Shown here: piece by piece, positions 9,063 through 17,491 of the stretch
Numbering within the stretch: the first letter of the stretch is position 1
Layout: the number at the start of each line of letters is the position of its first letter
Assembly (NCBI GenBank): GCA_005884715.1
Contig: VAZZ01000210.1
Span: forward strand, 1 to 40,423
DNA: 40,423 nt
From: Alphaproteobacteria bacterium
GTDB lineage: Bacteria; Pseudomonadota; Alphaproteobacteria; Rhizobiales; Aestuariivirgaceae
Direction: 5' to 3'
Made by a program: the position numbers and the translations under genes
The notes under the pieces: generated by a model
What the model saw: only the letters and a program-made list of their open reading frames with translations
Database searches by the model: none
Told to the model about the DNA's origin: nothing

Positions 9063-9385
9063 CTTGCCTCCCGCAAGGGCGGCTATGGCGATAAATGGCC
9101 ATCGTAATAAACCCATCGGACCCGGGGGCGGTACCCGGCGCCTCCACCACGGACCGTGGCGACCACGGCCTCTGCTGGGGGCGAAATAGGATCGACGAGG
9201 GCGTAAAGGGTGTGCTTTTGCTCGAGATGGTACCGACGTAACGGGCCATTTTATAGTTGCCAATGACAACTATGCTCCGGCCGCTCTCGCTGCTTAATGC
9301 AGCGCGATAAGCCGAAATTCAAGTCCTTGGCCTTAGCCGGCTAAGGCGGGGTTCGCAGGCACCTGGCAACAGAAGCCTGCACTCC
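9063..9385 (+). ncRNA. ssrA: Two-piece (circularly permuted) tmRNA
   Basis: T-arm and CGCCTCCACCA end at 9149. Intervening hairpin 9150-9176. Coding piece starts GGGGGCGAAATAGGATCGAC at 9177, with a G3-U70 pair. Tag ORF 9259-9297 reads ANDNYAPAALAA*. Outer ends are approximate. Confidence 0.96.
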
Positions 9386-9457
9386 CTTCATTTTAATGAC
9401 TTCTACCTTCCCGGCTCTAGTATTATAGCCGATGAATCGTTTGTTGGGGACCGGACT

Positions 9458-9955
9458 ATGGCTGAGGATCTGATGCGTTACGACCTTCTGGCGCAGGAAG
9501 CGCTCCGGGGAGTGGTGCGCTCGGCTCTGCGCAAAGTCGTCAAGACCGGCCTGCCCGGCGAGCATCATTTCTACATCGCCTTTGACACGCGTTATCCGGG
9601 GGTTCGGCTGTCCGAACGGATCGACAAGAAATATCCGCGCGAAATGACCATCGTGTTGCAGCACCAGTATTGGAACCTGCAGGTGCGCGACGATGAATTC
9701 GAGGTCGAACTTTCTTTCGACAACATTCCCGAAAAGCTGGTCATTCCGTTCAACGCGATCAAGGGCTTTCTCGATCCCTATGTCCAGTTCGGCCTGCAGT
9801 TCGAAACCGTGAAGGTGGATGGAGCGGCAAAGCAAGCCGAAGCCCCCGCGAAACCCGCCGCGGTTGAGCCGGTTCCTGCGCCTGCCGAAACCGCACTCGC
9901 CGGCGAAGCGGTGCCAGGTCGCGTCGTCTCCCTTGATTCTTTTAGAAAGAAGTGA
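9458..9955 (+). CDS. sspB: ClpXP adaptor SspB (alphaproteobacterial type)
   Basis: MAEDLMRYD, LPGEHHFYI, MTIVLQHQ, C-terminal VVSLDSFRKK. Lies next to ssrA. Confidence 0.95.
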   Translation: MAEDLMRYDLLAQEALRGVVRSALRKVVKTGLPGEHHFYIAFDTRYPGVRLSERIDKKYPREMTIVLQHQYWNLQVRDDEFEVELSFDNIPEKLVIPFNAIKGFLDPYVQFGLQFETVKVDGAAKQAEAPAKPAAVEPVPAPAETALAGEAVPGRVVSLDSFRKK

Positions 9956-9959
9956 TGCC

Positions 9960-10871
9960 GTGCAAAAACTGGCCGCAATTTTTCTGCTCGCCTTGCTCGC
10001 CCTAAGTCCCGCCGTGGCGCAGAGCAACGATTCAGCGACGCTTGCCGCGATCGCCAATCAGGCGATCAGCCAGATCCCAGCAAAGAAACTGTTCGGCGCC
10101 CAGAAGACGCCGGCCAATATGGCGGCGCGCTCCTTCGGCACCTATGCCAGAGGCTGCCTTGCCGGCGCCACCGCGCTTCCGGTCGATGGGCCGACCTGGC
10201 AGGTGATGCGACTGTCGCGTAACCGCAACTGGGGCCATCCCAAGCTCATCGCTTTGCTTGAGCGGCTGGCCGTGGATGCGCGCGAGAAGGACGGCTGGCC
10301 CGGTCTGATGATCGGAGACATATCGCAGCCGCGCGGCGGCCCGATGCTGAGCGGCCATGCCAGCCATCAGATCGGCCTCGATGCCGATATCTGGCTCACT
10401 CCGATGCCCAACCACACCCTCACCCGCGAGGAGCGCGAGACGATCAGCCCGAAGCCGGTGGTCAAGGACCGCAAGACGATGGACTACAGCGTGTGGACGG
10501 AAGCCCATGCCCGCCTCATCAAGCGCGCTGCGTCCTATCCTGAGGTCGCGCGCATTTTCGTCCATCCGCCGATCAAGAAGGAACTATGCCGCTGGGCGAC
10601 CGGCGATCGCTCCTGGCTTGCCAAGGTGCGCCCCTATTACGGGCACGATTATCACTTCCATGTTCGCATCAAGTGCCAGAATGCCGGCTGCAAGGACCAG
10701 TGGACGCCCAATCCGAAGGACGGCACCGGTTGCGGCGAGGAACTCGCCTATTGGTACAGCGACGCCCCCTGGAAGCCGGCCAAGCCGAACGCGCCGCCGC
10801 CCAAACCGGCCAAACCCTTGACGATCACAAGCCTTCCTGCTGAATGCCGCTCCGTCGTAACGGTGGAGTAA
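9960..10871 (+). CDS. mepA: Penicillin-insensitive murein endopeptidase
   Basis: GTG 9960 plus signal peptide. GCLAGA, RNRNWGHP, GDISQPRGG, GHASHQIGLDADIW, HDYHFHVR. Confidence 0.93.
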   Translation: MQKLAAIFLLALLALSPAVAQSNDSATLAAIANQAISQIPAKKLFGAQKTPANMAARSFGTYARGCLAGATALPVDGPTWQVMRLSRNRNWGHPKLIALLERLAVDAREKDGWPGLMIGDISQPRGGPMLSGHASHQIGLDADIWLTPMPNHTLTREERETISPKPVVKDRKTMDYSVWTEAHARLIKRAASYPEVARIFVHPPIKKELCRWATGDRSWLAKVRPYYGHDYHFHVRIKCQNAGCKDQWTPNPKDGTGCGEELAYWYSDAPWKPAKPNAPPPKPAKPLTITSLPAECRSVVTVE

Positions 10872-10895
10872 CCGGGCGGTGACCACAGCCTGGCC

Positions 10896-10955
10896 GAGAG
10901 CAACGGGCCGAACTGCGCAAGCTTTTCGGACAATCCGATGCGCAAACAAAGAGAT
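10896..10955. repeat. Degenerate copy of the Rhizobiales intergenic repeat
   Basis: GAGAGCAACGGGCCGAA...TTTTCGGACAATCCGATGCGCAAACAAAGAGAT, same architecture as the 748-810 module. Confidence 0.45.
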
Positions 10956-11006
10956 GCAGCTCCCGTTCCGCTGGTCGGAACGCTATGGCCCTGAAAGGGG
11001 CGAGGC

Positions 11007-12896
11007 ATGAGTGAAGTAACATCGGGGGCAGCCGGGGACGATTTCCGCCGCACCCTCAGGCTTGCTTTCGCCAGCATCGGCGTCGTTTTCGGCGATATTG
11101 GAACGAGCCCGCTTTACGCCATGCGGGAATCGCTCGCTCATGTCGCCGGTGCCGGTGGCAATGTGCGCGAAGATGTGCTGGCCGTCGCCTCGCTGTTGAT
11201 CTGGGCGTTGATCCTCATTGTCACGATTAAATATGTTCTGATCCTCATGCGGGCCGACAACAAGGGCGAAGGCGGCATCCTCACCCTCGTAGTTCTCGCA
11301 GAACAGGCCTTGCGGAAAAAACGCCGTTTCGTCATCATCCTCGGCGTGGTCGGTGCCGCCTTCTTCTTCGGCGATGCGATGATCACGCCCGCCATTTCCG
11401 TCCTGTCCGCCGTCGAAGGCCTCAACGTCATCAATCCCGGTTTCAGCAGCTACGTGGTGCCGGTCACCCTCCTCATTCTAGCGATCCTGTTCGCCTTCCA
11501 GTTCCGCGGCACCGGAAGCGTCGCTTCCCTTTTCGCTCCCATCACAACGCTGTGGTTCATCACCATCGCGGTGCTGGGCCTCATCCATATCGGTGATGAC
11601 CTGACGATTTTCATCGCCCTCAATCCGGCCCATGCGCTAAAATTGCTGATTTCCAATCCCGGCATGGGACTGATCATCTTCGGCGGCGTATTCCTGGCGG
11701 TGACGGGTGGGGAAGCGCTCTATGCCGATCTCGGCCACTTCGGCCGCACACCCATCCGCCTGGCTTGGATATTCATCGTGCTGCCGGCGCTGATCCTGAA
11801 TTATCTGGGCCAGGGCGCCTTCGTGCATGCCAATCCGCATGAAGTGGCCAATCCCTTCTTCCTGATGGCACCGTCCTGGGCGCTCATCCCGCTGGTCATC
11901 CTCGCCACGCTGGTGACGGTAATCGCGAGCCAAGCCGTCATCACTGGCGCTTTTTCCATCGCCCAGCAGGCGATGTCGCTCGGCCTCTTGCCGCGCATGA
12001 ACATCACCCACACCAGCGACACCGAGCAGGGCCAGATCTATATCGGCCAGGTCAACTGGCTGATTTTCGCCGGCGTCATCCTGCTCGTACTGCTGTTCGG
12101 ATCTTCGGCGAGCCTCGCATCGGCCTATGGCATCGCCGTCAACATCTCGATGATCATCGATACGGCGTTGGCGCTCATCGTCTTCTGGCATGCGCGGCAC
12201 TTCCCGCCGGCCATCGTGCTGCCCGTCCTCGTCATCATTCTCGCGATCGAGCTCACATTCTTTGCCGCCAACAGCGCCAAGCTTGTTGCCGGCGGCTATG
12301 TGCCGGTGCTGATCGGCCTCACCATTATCGTGACGATGCTGACCTGGCTGCGCGGCCGTTCGCTGCTTGCCGACAAACTGCGCAAGGACAGCGTCGAGCT
12401 CGAAGGGCTTCTTGAAACGCTGGAGCGCCGGCCGCCGACGCGGGTCGCCGGCGCCGCGGTGTTCCTGCAGACCGATCCCATCTATGCGCCGAGCGCCCTC
12501 ATGCATAATCTCAAGCACAACCGCGTGCTGCATGACATCCTCGTGTTCATATCGGTCGAGACGATGGAAGTGCCGCGCGTGCCGCGCGATGAACGCGTGA
12601 GCGTGAAGAAGCTGGCGCTCGGCGCTTTCCTCGTTCGGGCCCGCTTCGGCTATATGGAACAGCCGGATGTACCGGCGGCGCTGCGCATGTGCGAGCCTTA
12701 TGGCCTGTCGATCGATCCGCGCCAGGCTTCCTATTTCCTCGGCCGCCGCGCCATCCGCATGTCGGCCAAGGCCCGCATGCCGTTCTGGCAGCAGCGCCTC
12801 TTCATCATGCTGGCCAACCAGTCGGCCCGCGCTATTGAATTCTTCCGCATCCCGCCCGAACGCGTCGTCGAGCTCGGCATGCAGATGTCGGTTTAG
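11007..12896 (+). CDS. kup: Potassium uptake protein Kup
   Basis: GVVFGDIGTSPLY, ADNKGEGG, GGEALYADLGHFG, HNLKHN, VVELG. Confidence 0.97.
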   Translation: MSEVTSGAAGDDFRRTLRLAFASIGVVFGDIGTSPLYAMRESLAHVAGAGGNVREDVLAVASLLIWALILIVTIKYVLILMRADNKGEGGILTLVVLAEQALRKKRRFVIILGVVGAAFFFGDAMITPAISVLSAVEGLNVINPGFSSYVVPVTLLILAILFAFQFRGTGSVASLFAPITTLWFITIAVLGLIHIGDDLTIFIALNPAHALKLLISNPGMGLIIFGGVFLAVTGGEALYADLGHFGRTPIRLAWIFIVLPALILNYLGQGAFVHANPHEVANPFFLMAPSWALIPLVILATLVTVIASQAVITGAFSIAQQAMSLGLLPRMNITHTSDTEQGQIYIGQVNWLIFAGVILLVLLFGSSASLASAYGIAVNISMIIDTALALIVFWHARHFPPAIVLPVLVIILAIELTFFAANSAKLVAGGYVPVLIGLTIIVTMLTWLRGRSLLADKLRKDSVELEGLLETLERRPPTRVAGAAVFLQTDPIYAPSALMHNLKHNRVLHDILVFISVETMEVPRVPRDERVSVKKLALGAFLVRARFGYMEQPDVPAALRMCEPYGLSIDPRQASYFLGRRAIRMSAKARMPFWQQRLFIMLANQSARAIEFFRIPPERVVELGMQMSV

Positions 12897-12947
12897 CGCG
12901 ATGTCGCCGACCGCGTTCGAAATTCGTTCTAGCTGCCCGGAACCCTC

Positions 12948-13877
12948 ATGACAGTTCTCTCGCCCTTTTCTCTCCCCGGCCGTTTCTGGCGCGGCAATCT
13001 GCACACCCATTCGACTTTGTCCGATGGCGCGCTCTCGCCCGACAAGGTCGTCCAGGCCTACAAGGACGCGGGCTATGACTTCATGATGCTTTCCGACCAC
13101 TTCATCGGTCACTATGACTGGCCGGTTGCCGATACGCGGTCGCTGCGCTCCAACAGCTTCACCACCATCATCGGTTGCGAGCTTCATGCACCCGAAACTT
13201 CGGCCGGTGAGCTCTGGCACATCGTCGCCGCGGGCCTGCCTCTCGATTTCGCACCTTGCGCGCCGGAAGAGACCGGTATGCGCCTCGCGCGCCGCGCCGC
13301 TGAGGCCGGCGCCTTCATCGGCATCGCTCATCCGGCCTGGTCGCAGCTCACCATCGAGGACGGGCGTGCCATCGACATCGCCCATGCCGTCGAAATCTAT
13401 AATCACGGCTGCGCGGTCGAATGCGACCGCGGCGAAGGCTTCTATCTTCTCGACCAGTTGCTGAATGAAGGCAGGCGCCTCACCGCCTTCGCCACCGACG
13501 ATGCGCATTTCCATCATGACGACCATTTTGGCGGCTGGGTGCACGTCAGGGCGCAAGCGAATGATCCCGACAGTCTTCTCGATGCGCTCAAGAAGGGCCA
13601 TTATTATTCAAGCCAGGGTCCCCTCATCCAGGAAATATCCCTCGAAGGATCCGAGCTCAGCATCGCTTCATCGCCGGTCAATACGATCGTCGTGGTCTGC
13701 GGTCATTCGCGCAGCGTGCAGCGCATCGGCAAATCCATCACCTCCGCCACGCTCGATCTCAGCAAGCTGGAAAAAGGCTGGCTCCTCACCAAGCAGAGTC
13801 CGTGGTTGCGCGTGATTGTCATCGACCAGGCCGGCAAGCGGGCGTGGAGCAATCCCATCTGGAAAGACGAATTATAG
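12948..13877 (+). CDS. PHP-domain (CehA/McbA-like) metallohydrolase
   Basis: GNLHTHSTLSDG, SDH, AHP, EIYN, ATDDAH and AWSNPIW motifs. Confidence 0.85.
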   Translation: MTVLSPFSLPGRFWRGNLHTHSTLSDGALSPDKVVQAYKDAGYDFMMLSDHFIGHYDWPVADTRSLRSNSFTTIIGCELHAPETSAGELWHIVAAGLPLDFAPCAPEETGMRLARRAAEAGAFIGIAHPAWSQLTIEDGRAIDIAHAVEIYNHGCAVECDRGEGFYLLDQLLNEGRRLTAFATDDAHFHHDDHFGGWVHVRAQANDPDSLLDALKKGHYYSSQGPLIQEISLEGSELSIASSPVNTIVVVCGHSRSVQRIGKSITSATLDLSKLEKGWLLTKQSPWLRVIVIDQAGKRAWSNPIWKDEL

Positions 13878-13880
13878 AAC

Positions 13881-15062
13881 TTGCCTCTCTGGCGCGTCAT
13901 TACGGCTCTTGGGATCAGCCAGATCATTGGCTGGGGCACCACCTATTATGCCTTGGGCGCGCTCTCGATCGACATAGCAGCGGATCGCGGCTGGTCGAAG
14001 CTCCTCATCTTCGGCGCCTTCTCGGTCGCTCTGCTGATCAGCGGCTTCATTTCCCGCGCCGCCGGACGCGCCATCGACAAATATGGTGGCAGGCGCATAA
14101 TGGCCATGGGCTCGGGCCTGGCGGCGTTCGGCTGCCTGATCCTCTCTTTCGCGAGCCAGGCCTGGATCTATTTTGCGGGCTGGCTCGTCCTTGGCCCGGC
14201 GATGCGCCTCATACTCTATGATGCCGCCTTCCCCTCCCTCGCCCAGGTCGCCCGCGAGAAATCCCGCCGCTCGATCTCCTATCTGACCCTGTTCGGCGGC
14301 CTCGCCTCGACCGTTTTCTGGCCGGTATCGCATTATCTCTCGCAAGCGATCGGCTGGCAAAACGCATTCAGGGTCTATGCGTTTCTCCATCTCATTGTCT
14401 GCCTGCCGCTTCATTTGCTGGTTCTCGATCGCAGCGACGAACGAGAGGCCATCGCCGGCCAGGAAACGCCGCCGCTTCCCACGGCCCCGGTGCTCGCGGG
14501 CCAAGACCGCAACCGGGCGATGATCGTTTTCGCCTCGGTTCTGGCCTTGAACGGCATCGTCTTCTCCTCGATCTCCGCCCATGTCGTGCCCCTGTTCGAG
14601 GGTCTAGGTTTCACAGCAGCCGCCGCGGTGACGCTGGCGGCCCTCATCGGCCCGTCCCAGGTTGCAAGCCGCATCGGCGATATCCTGGCCGGTCACCATG
14701 TGAAGACGATGACTTTGGGCCTCATAGCCGTCGGCCTTCTGCCGGCTGCCCTCATCATCTTCGCCGGTGGTGGCTTCGCCCTCTGGGCCGCGCTGGTTTT
14801 CGCAGCTCTATACGGCATGTCCAACGGCCTCATGTCGATCATCAAGGGCATCATCCCCTTGAGCCTGTTCGGTCGCCAGGGCTTTGGCCTCGTCATCGGC
14901 ACGCTCACCACGCCGCAACTGATCCTGAATGCCGTCGCGCCGACATTTTTCGCCTTCGTTCTTGACCAGGGCGGTCCGCGCAACGGGCTTCTCATCGCCA
15001 TCATCTTCGCAGTTCTCTCCTTCCTCGCGATGATCTATCTGGCTCGCAAATATCCGCGCTGA
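13881..15062 (+). CDS. MFS transporter (start uncertain)
   Basis: About 12 hydrophobic helices, ALGISQIIGWGTTYY, GRAIDKYGGRR motif A, TLFGGLASTVFWP. Confidence 0.87.
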   Translation: MPLWRVITALGISQIIGWGTTYYALGALSIDIAADRGWSKLLIFGAFSVALLISGFISRAAGRAIDKYGGRRIMAMGSGLAAFGCLILSFASQAWIYFAGWLVLGPAMRLILYDAAFPSLAQVAREKSRRSISYLTLFGGLASTVFWPVSHYLSQAIGWQNAFRVYAFLHLIVCLPLHLLVLDRSDEREAIAGQETPPLPTAPVLAGQDRNRAMIVFASVLALNGIVFSSISAHVVPLFEGLGFTAAAAVTLAALIGPSQVASRIGDILAGHHVKTMTLGLIAVGLLPAALIIFAGGGFALWAALVFAALYGMSNGLMSIIKGIIPLSLFGRQGFGLVIGTLTTPQLILNAVAPTFFAFVLDQGGPRNGLLIAIIFAVLSFLAMIYLARKYPR

Positions 15063-15079
15063 AGATTGAGCGGTCTTTC

Positions 15080-15616
15080 TCACTTCCTTCCGAGGAACAG
15101 CTTTTCACAATCGGAAAGCGCCGCCATGGCGACGCTCGCTCCCGCAATGGGATATGTCGCCTCGATCTTGTCCTTGCCCCCGCCAAGCGACAGCTCCGAG
15201 CCCTTGGCTATTCCGGCGATGAATTTCCGTCCACGTCCGGTTTCTGGCAGAACCAGCAGCATGAAATCCTTGACGCGTTGCACATTTGGGAATTTCCACG
15301 CCACTTTTTGGTCGATGCGCAGGACGAGCCTGTCTTTATATCCATCGCCGAAAGACCAGCCCTGGGCGCTGAAGTGGAGCCTGATCGGGCCCACGGCAAT
15401 TTCGATACTGAAGGTTTGTGCATCCTTCTTTGCCTCGGCGATACACCATCTTTCCCCGTCGTCGGATTCCCAGCTGCGCACCTGCCAGTCGCGGTAGGAG
15501 AGCAATGTTTCCCTGATTTCCGAATGGGCAGTTGGCGCTGATAAGGCCATTGCAAGCCACCAGGCTACACCGCAGCGCGCCGCCAGCGTAAACAATCTCC
15601 TTGCGGATCTGTTCAT
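15080..15616 (-). CDS. Exported hypothetical protein (IalB-like pattern)
   Basis: Signal-like N-terminus, DWQV...C and C-terminal YPIAGASVAMAALSDC Cys pair. Confidence 0.6.
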   Translation of the reverse strand: MNRSARRLFTLAARCGVAWWLAMALSAPTAHSEIRETLLSYRDWQVRSWESDDGERWCIAEAKKDAQTFSIEIAVGPIRLHFSAQGWSFGDGYKDRLVLRIDQKVAWKFPNVQRVKDFMLLVLPETGRGRKFIAGIAKGSELSLGGGKDKIEATYPIAGASVAMAALSDCEKLFLGRK

Positions 15617-15705
15617 GATCTTCGCCTCTGGCTCTGGGGTCTCCGATCTAGCAGCCGTTCGGCAGCCGTGCTAGACCGCGCTCGCAATTCACAAAGCAGG
15701 ACCCG

Positions 15706-17097
15706 ATGACCAAGACCCGCACCGAAACCGATACCTTTGGCTCCATCCAGGTCAGAGCCGACCGCTATTGGGGGGCGCAGGCGGAGCGGTCGCTGGGCAA
15801 TTTCAAGATCGGCTGGGAAAAGCAGCCGAAGCCGGTGATCCGGGCGCTCGGCATCGTCAAGCTCGCCGCTGCCGAAGTGAACATGTCGCTGGGCCGCCTT
15901 GATCGCAAGATCGGCAAGGCTATCATCGCCGCGGCGCGTGAGGTGATCGAAGGCAAGCTCGACGACCATTTTCCTCTCGCCGTCTGGCAGACCGGATCCG
16001 GCACCCAATCCAACATGAATGCCAATGAGGTGATCTCCAACCGTGCCATCGAGTTGCTAGGCGGCACGATGGGCTCGAAATCGCCGGTGCATCCGAACGA
16101 CCATGTCAATATGAGCCAGTCGTCGAACGATACCTATCCGACCGCGATGCATATCGCCTGCGCCGAGCAGATCCACCACGATCTTCTCCCCGCACTTAGG
16201 CATTTGTACAAGGCCCTGGCGAAGAAGTCGAAGCTGTGGGCGAAGATCATCAAGATCGGCCGTACCCATACCCAGGATGCGACGCCGCTCACCTTGGGCC
16301 AGGAATTCTCCGGTTATGCCCAGCAGGTCAAGAACGGCATCGCCCGCATCGAGCAGACGATGCCGGCACTGATGCAGCTCGCCCAGGGCGGCACCGCTGT
16401 CGGCACCGGCCTCAACGCACCCAAGGGCTTCGACAAGAAAGTGGCGAGCCGCATCGCCGCCTGCACCGGGCTCCCCTTCACCACAGCGCCCAATAAATTC
16501 GAGGCGCTCGCCGCCCATGACGCGATGGTGATGAGCCATGGCGCCATCAACACGGTAGCTGTCTCGCTGTTCAAGATCGCCAATGATATTCGTTTCCTGG
16601 GCTCGGGACCGCGCTCGGGGCTCGGCGAATTGTCTCTTCCCGAGAACGAGCCCGGCTCATCGATCATGCCGGGCAAAGTCAATCCGACCCAATGCGAAGC
16701 CCTCACCATGGTTTGTACTCAGGTCTTCGGCAATCAAGCCACCATTTCCTTCGCCGGCAGCCAGGGCCATTTCGAACTCAATGTCTTCAATCCGGTGATG
16801 GCCTATAATTTCCTGCAATCGGTCCGCCTCCTCGCCGATGCCGCGGTGAGCTTCACCGATCACTGCGTCTCGGGCATCATCGCGCGCGAAGACAATATCA
16901 AGGCGGCCCTTGACCGTTCCCTCATGCTGGTGACGGCGCTCGCCCCCAAGATCGGCTATGACAAGGCGGCGGAAATCGCCAAGACTGCCCACAAGCGCGG
17001 CACCACATTGCGCGAGGAGGCTTTGCGCCTCAAATATGTGACGGCGGAGGAATTCGATCAGATCGTGCGTCCGGAAGACATGATCGGTCCCAAGTGA
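15706..17097 (+). CDS. fumC: Class II fumarate hydratase
   Basis: [40 protein letters not shown]. Confidence 0.98.
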   Translation: MTKTRTETDTFGSIQVRADRYWGAQAERSLGNFKIGWEKQPKPVIRALGIVKLAAAEVNMSLGRLDRKIGKAIIAAAREVIEGKLDDHFPLAVWQTGSGTQSNMNANEVISNRAIELLGGTMGSKSPVHPNDHVNMSQSSNDTYPTAMHIACAEQIHHDLLPALRHLYKALAKKSKLWAKIIKIGRTHTQDATPLTLGQEFSGYAQQVKNGIARIEQTMPALMQLAQGGTAVGTGLNAPKGFDKKVASRIAACTGLPFTTAPNKFEALAAHDAMVMSHGAINTVAVSLFKIANDIRFLGSGPRSGLGELSLPENEPGSSIMPGKVNPTQCEALTMVCTQVFGNQATISFAGSQGHFELNVFNPVMAYNFLQSVRLLADAAVSFTDHCVSGIIAREDNIKAALDRSLMLVTALAPKIGYDKAAEIAKTAHKRGTTLREEALRLKYVTAEEFDQIVRPEDMIGPK

Positions 17098-17273
17098 TGA
17101 GCGATATCGTCAATCTCAAGCGTCATCGCAAACGTCTGGCACGCGAAGAGAAGAACGCGACGGCGGAAGAGAACCGCCGGCGTTTCGGCCGCAGCAAGGC
17201 TGAGCGTGAAAAGCAGGAGATTGAAGAGGCCCGCGCTGAGAGCCATCTCGATGGACACAAGCGCGAGAGCTGA
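17097..17273 (+). CDS. DUF4169 family small protein (58 aa, not in the ORF track)
   Basis: Manual translation [19 protein letters not shown]...NRRRFGRSKAER...LDGHKRES*. TGATG coupling on both sides. Confidence 0.88.
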   Translation: MSDIVNLKRHRKRLAREEKNATAEENRRRFGRSKAEREKQEIEEARAESHLDGHKRES

Positions 17274-17488
17274 TGCCCAAGGCATTCAAACGCTCGCTTA
17301 CCATTTCAGGGCATCGCACATCGCTCTCGCTCGAGCCTGAATTCTGGACCGTGCTCAAGCAGGCGGCCCAGGCCGAGCACAAATCGCTAGCCGCCCTGGT
17401 CGGCGAGATCGACCGCGGCCGCGGCAAGCGAAACCTCTCCAGCGCCCTCAGGGTCTGGGTATTGAATCGCCTCCTGAAAGTGAGCTGA
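17273..17488 (+). CDS. Ribbon-helix-helix domain protein (RHH_4 type)
   Basis: KRSLTISGHRTSLSLEPEFW...NLSSALRVWVL. Confidence 0.9.
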   Translation: MPKAFKRSLTISGHRTSLSLEPEFWTVLKQAAQAEHKSLAALVGEIDRGRGKRNLSSALRVWVLNRLLKVS

Positions 17489-17491
17489 CCC

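Noticed and set aside
9118-9149. tRNA-like 3' end as a tRNA gene or att site of an integrated element
   Set aside because: It is the tmRNA acceptor piece. I saw no second copy and no integrase in the window.
9012-9269. Small minus-strand ORFs of 85 and 71 aa
   Set aside because: They lie antisense to the tmRNA, which explains the sequence.
11637-13601. 654-aa antisense ORF over kup and the PHP gene (likewise 3485-4633, 859-1563, 27373-28275 and others)
   Set aside because: Shadow ORFs expected opposite GC-rich genes. They have no motifs, and the sense genes are well supported.
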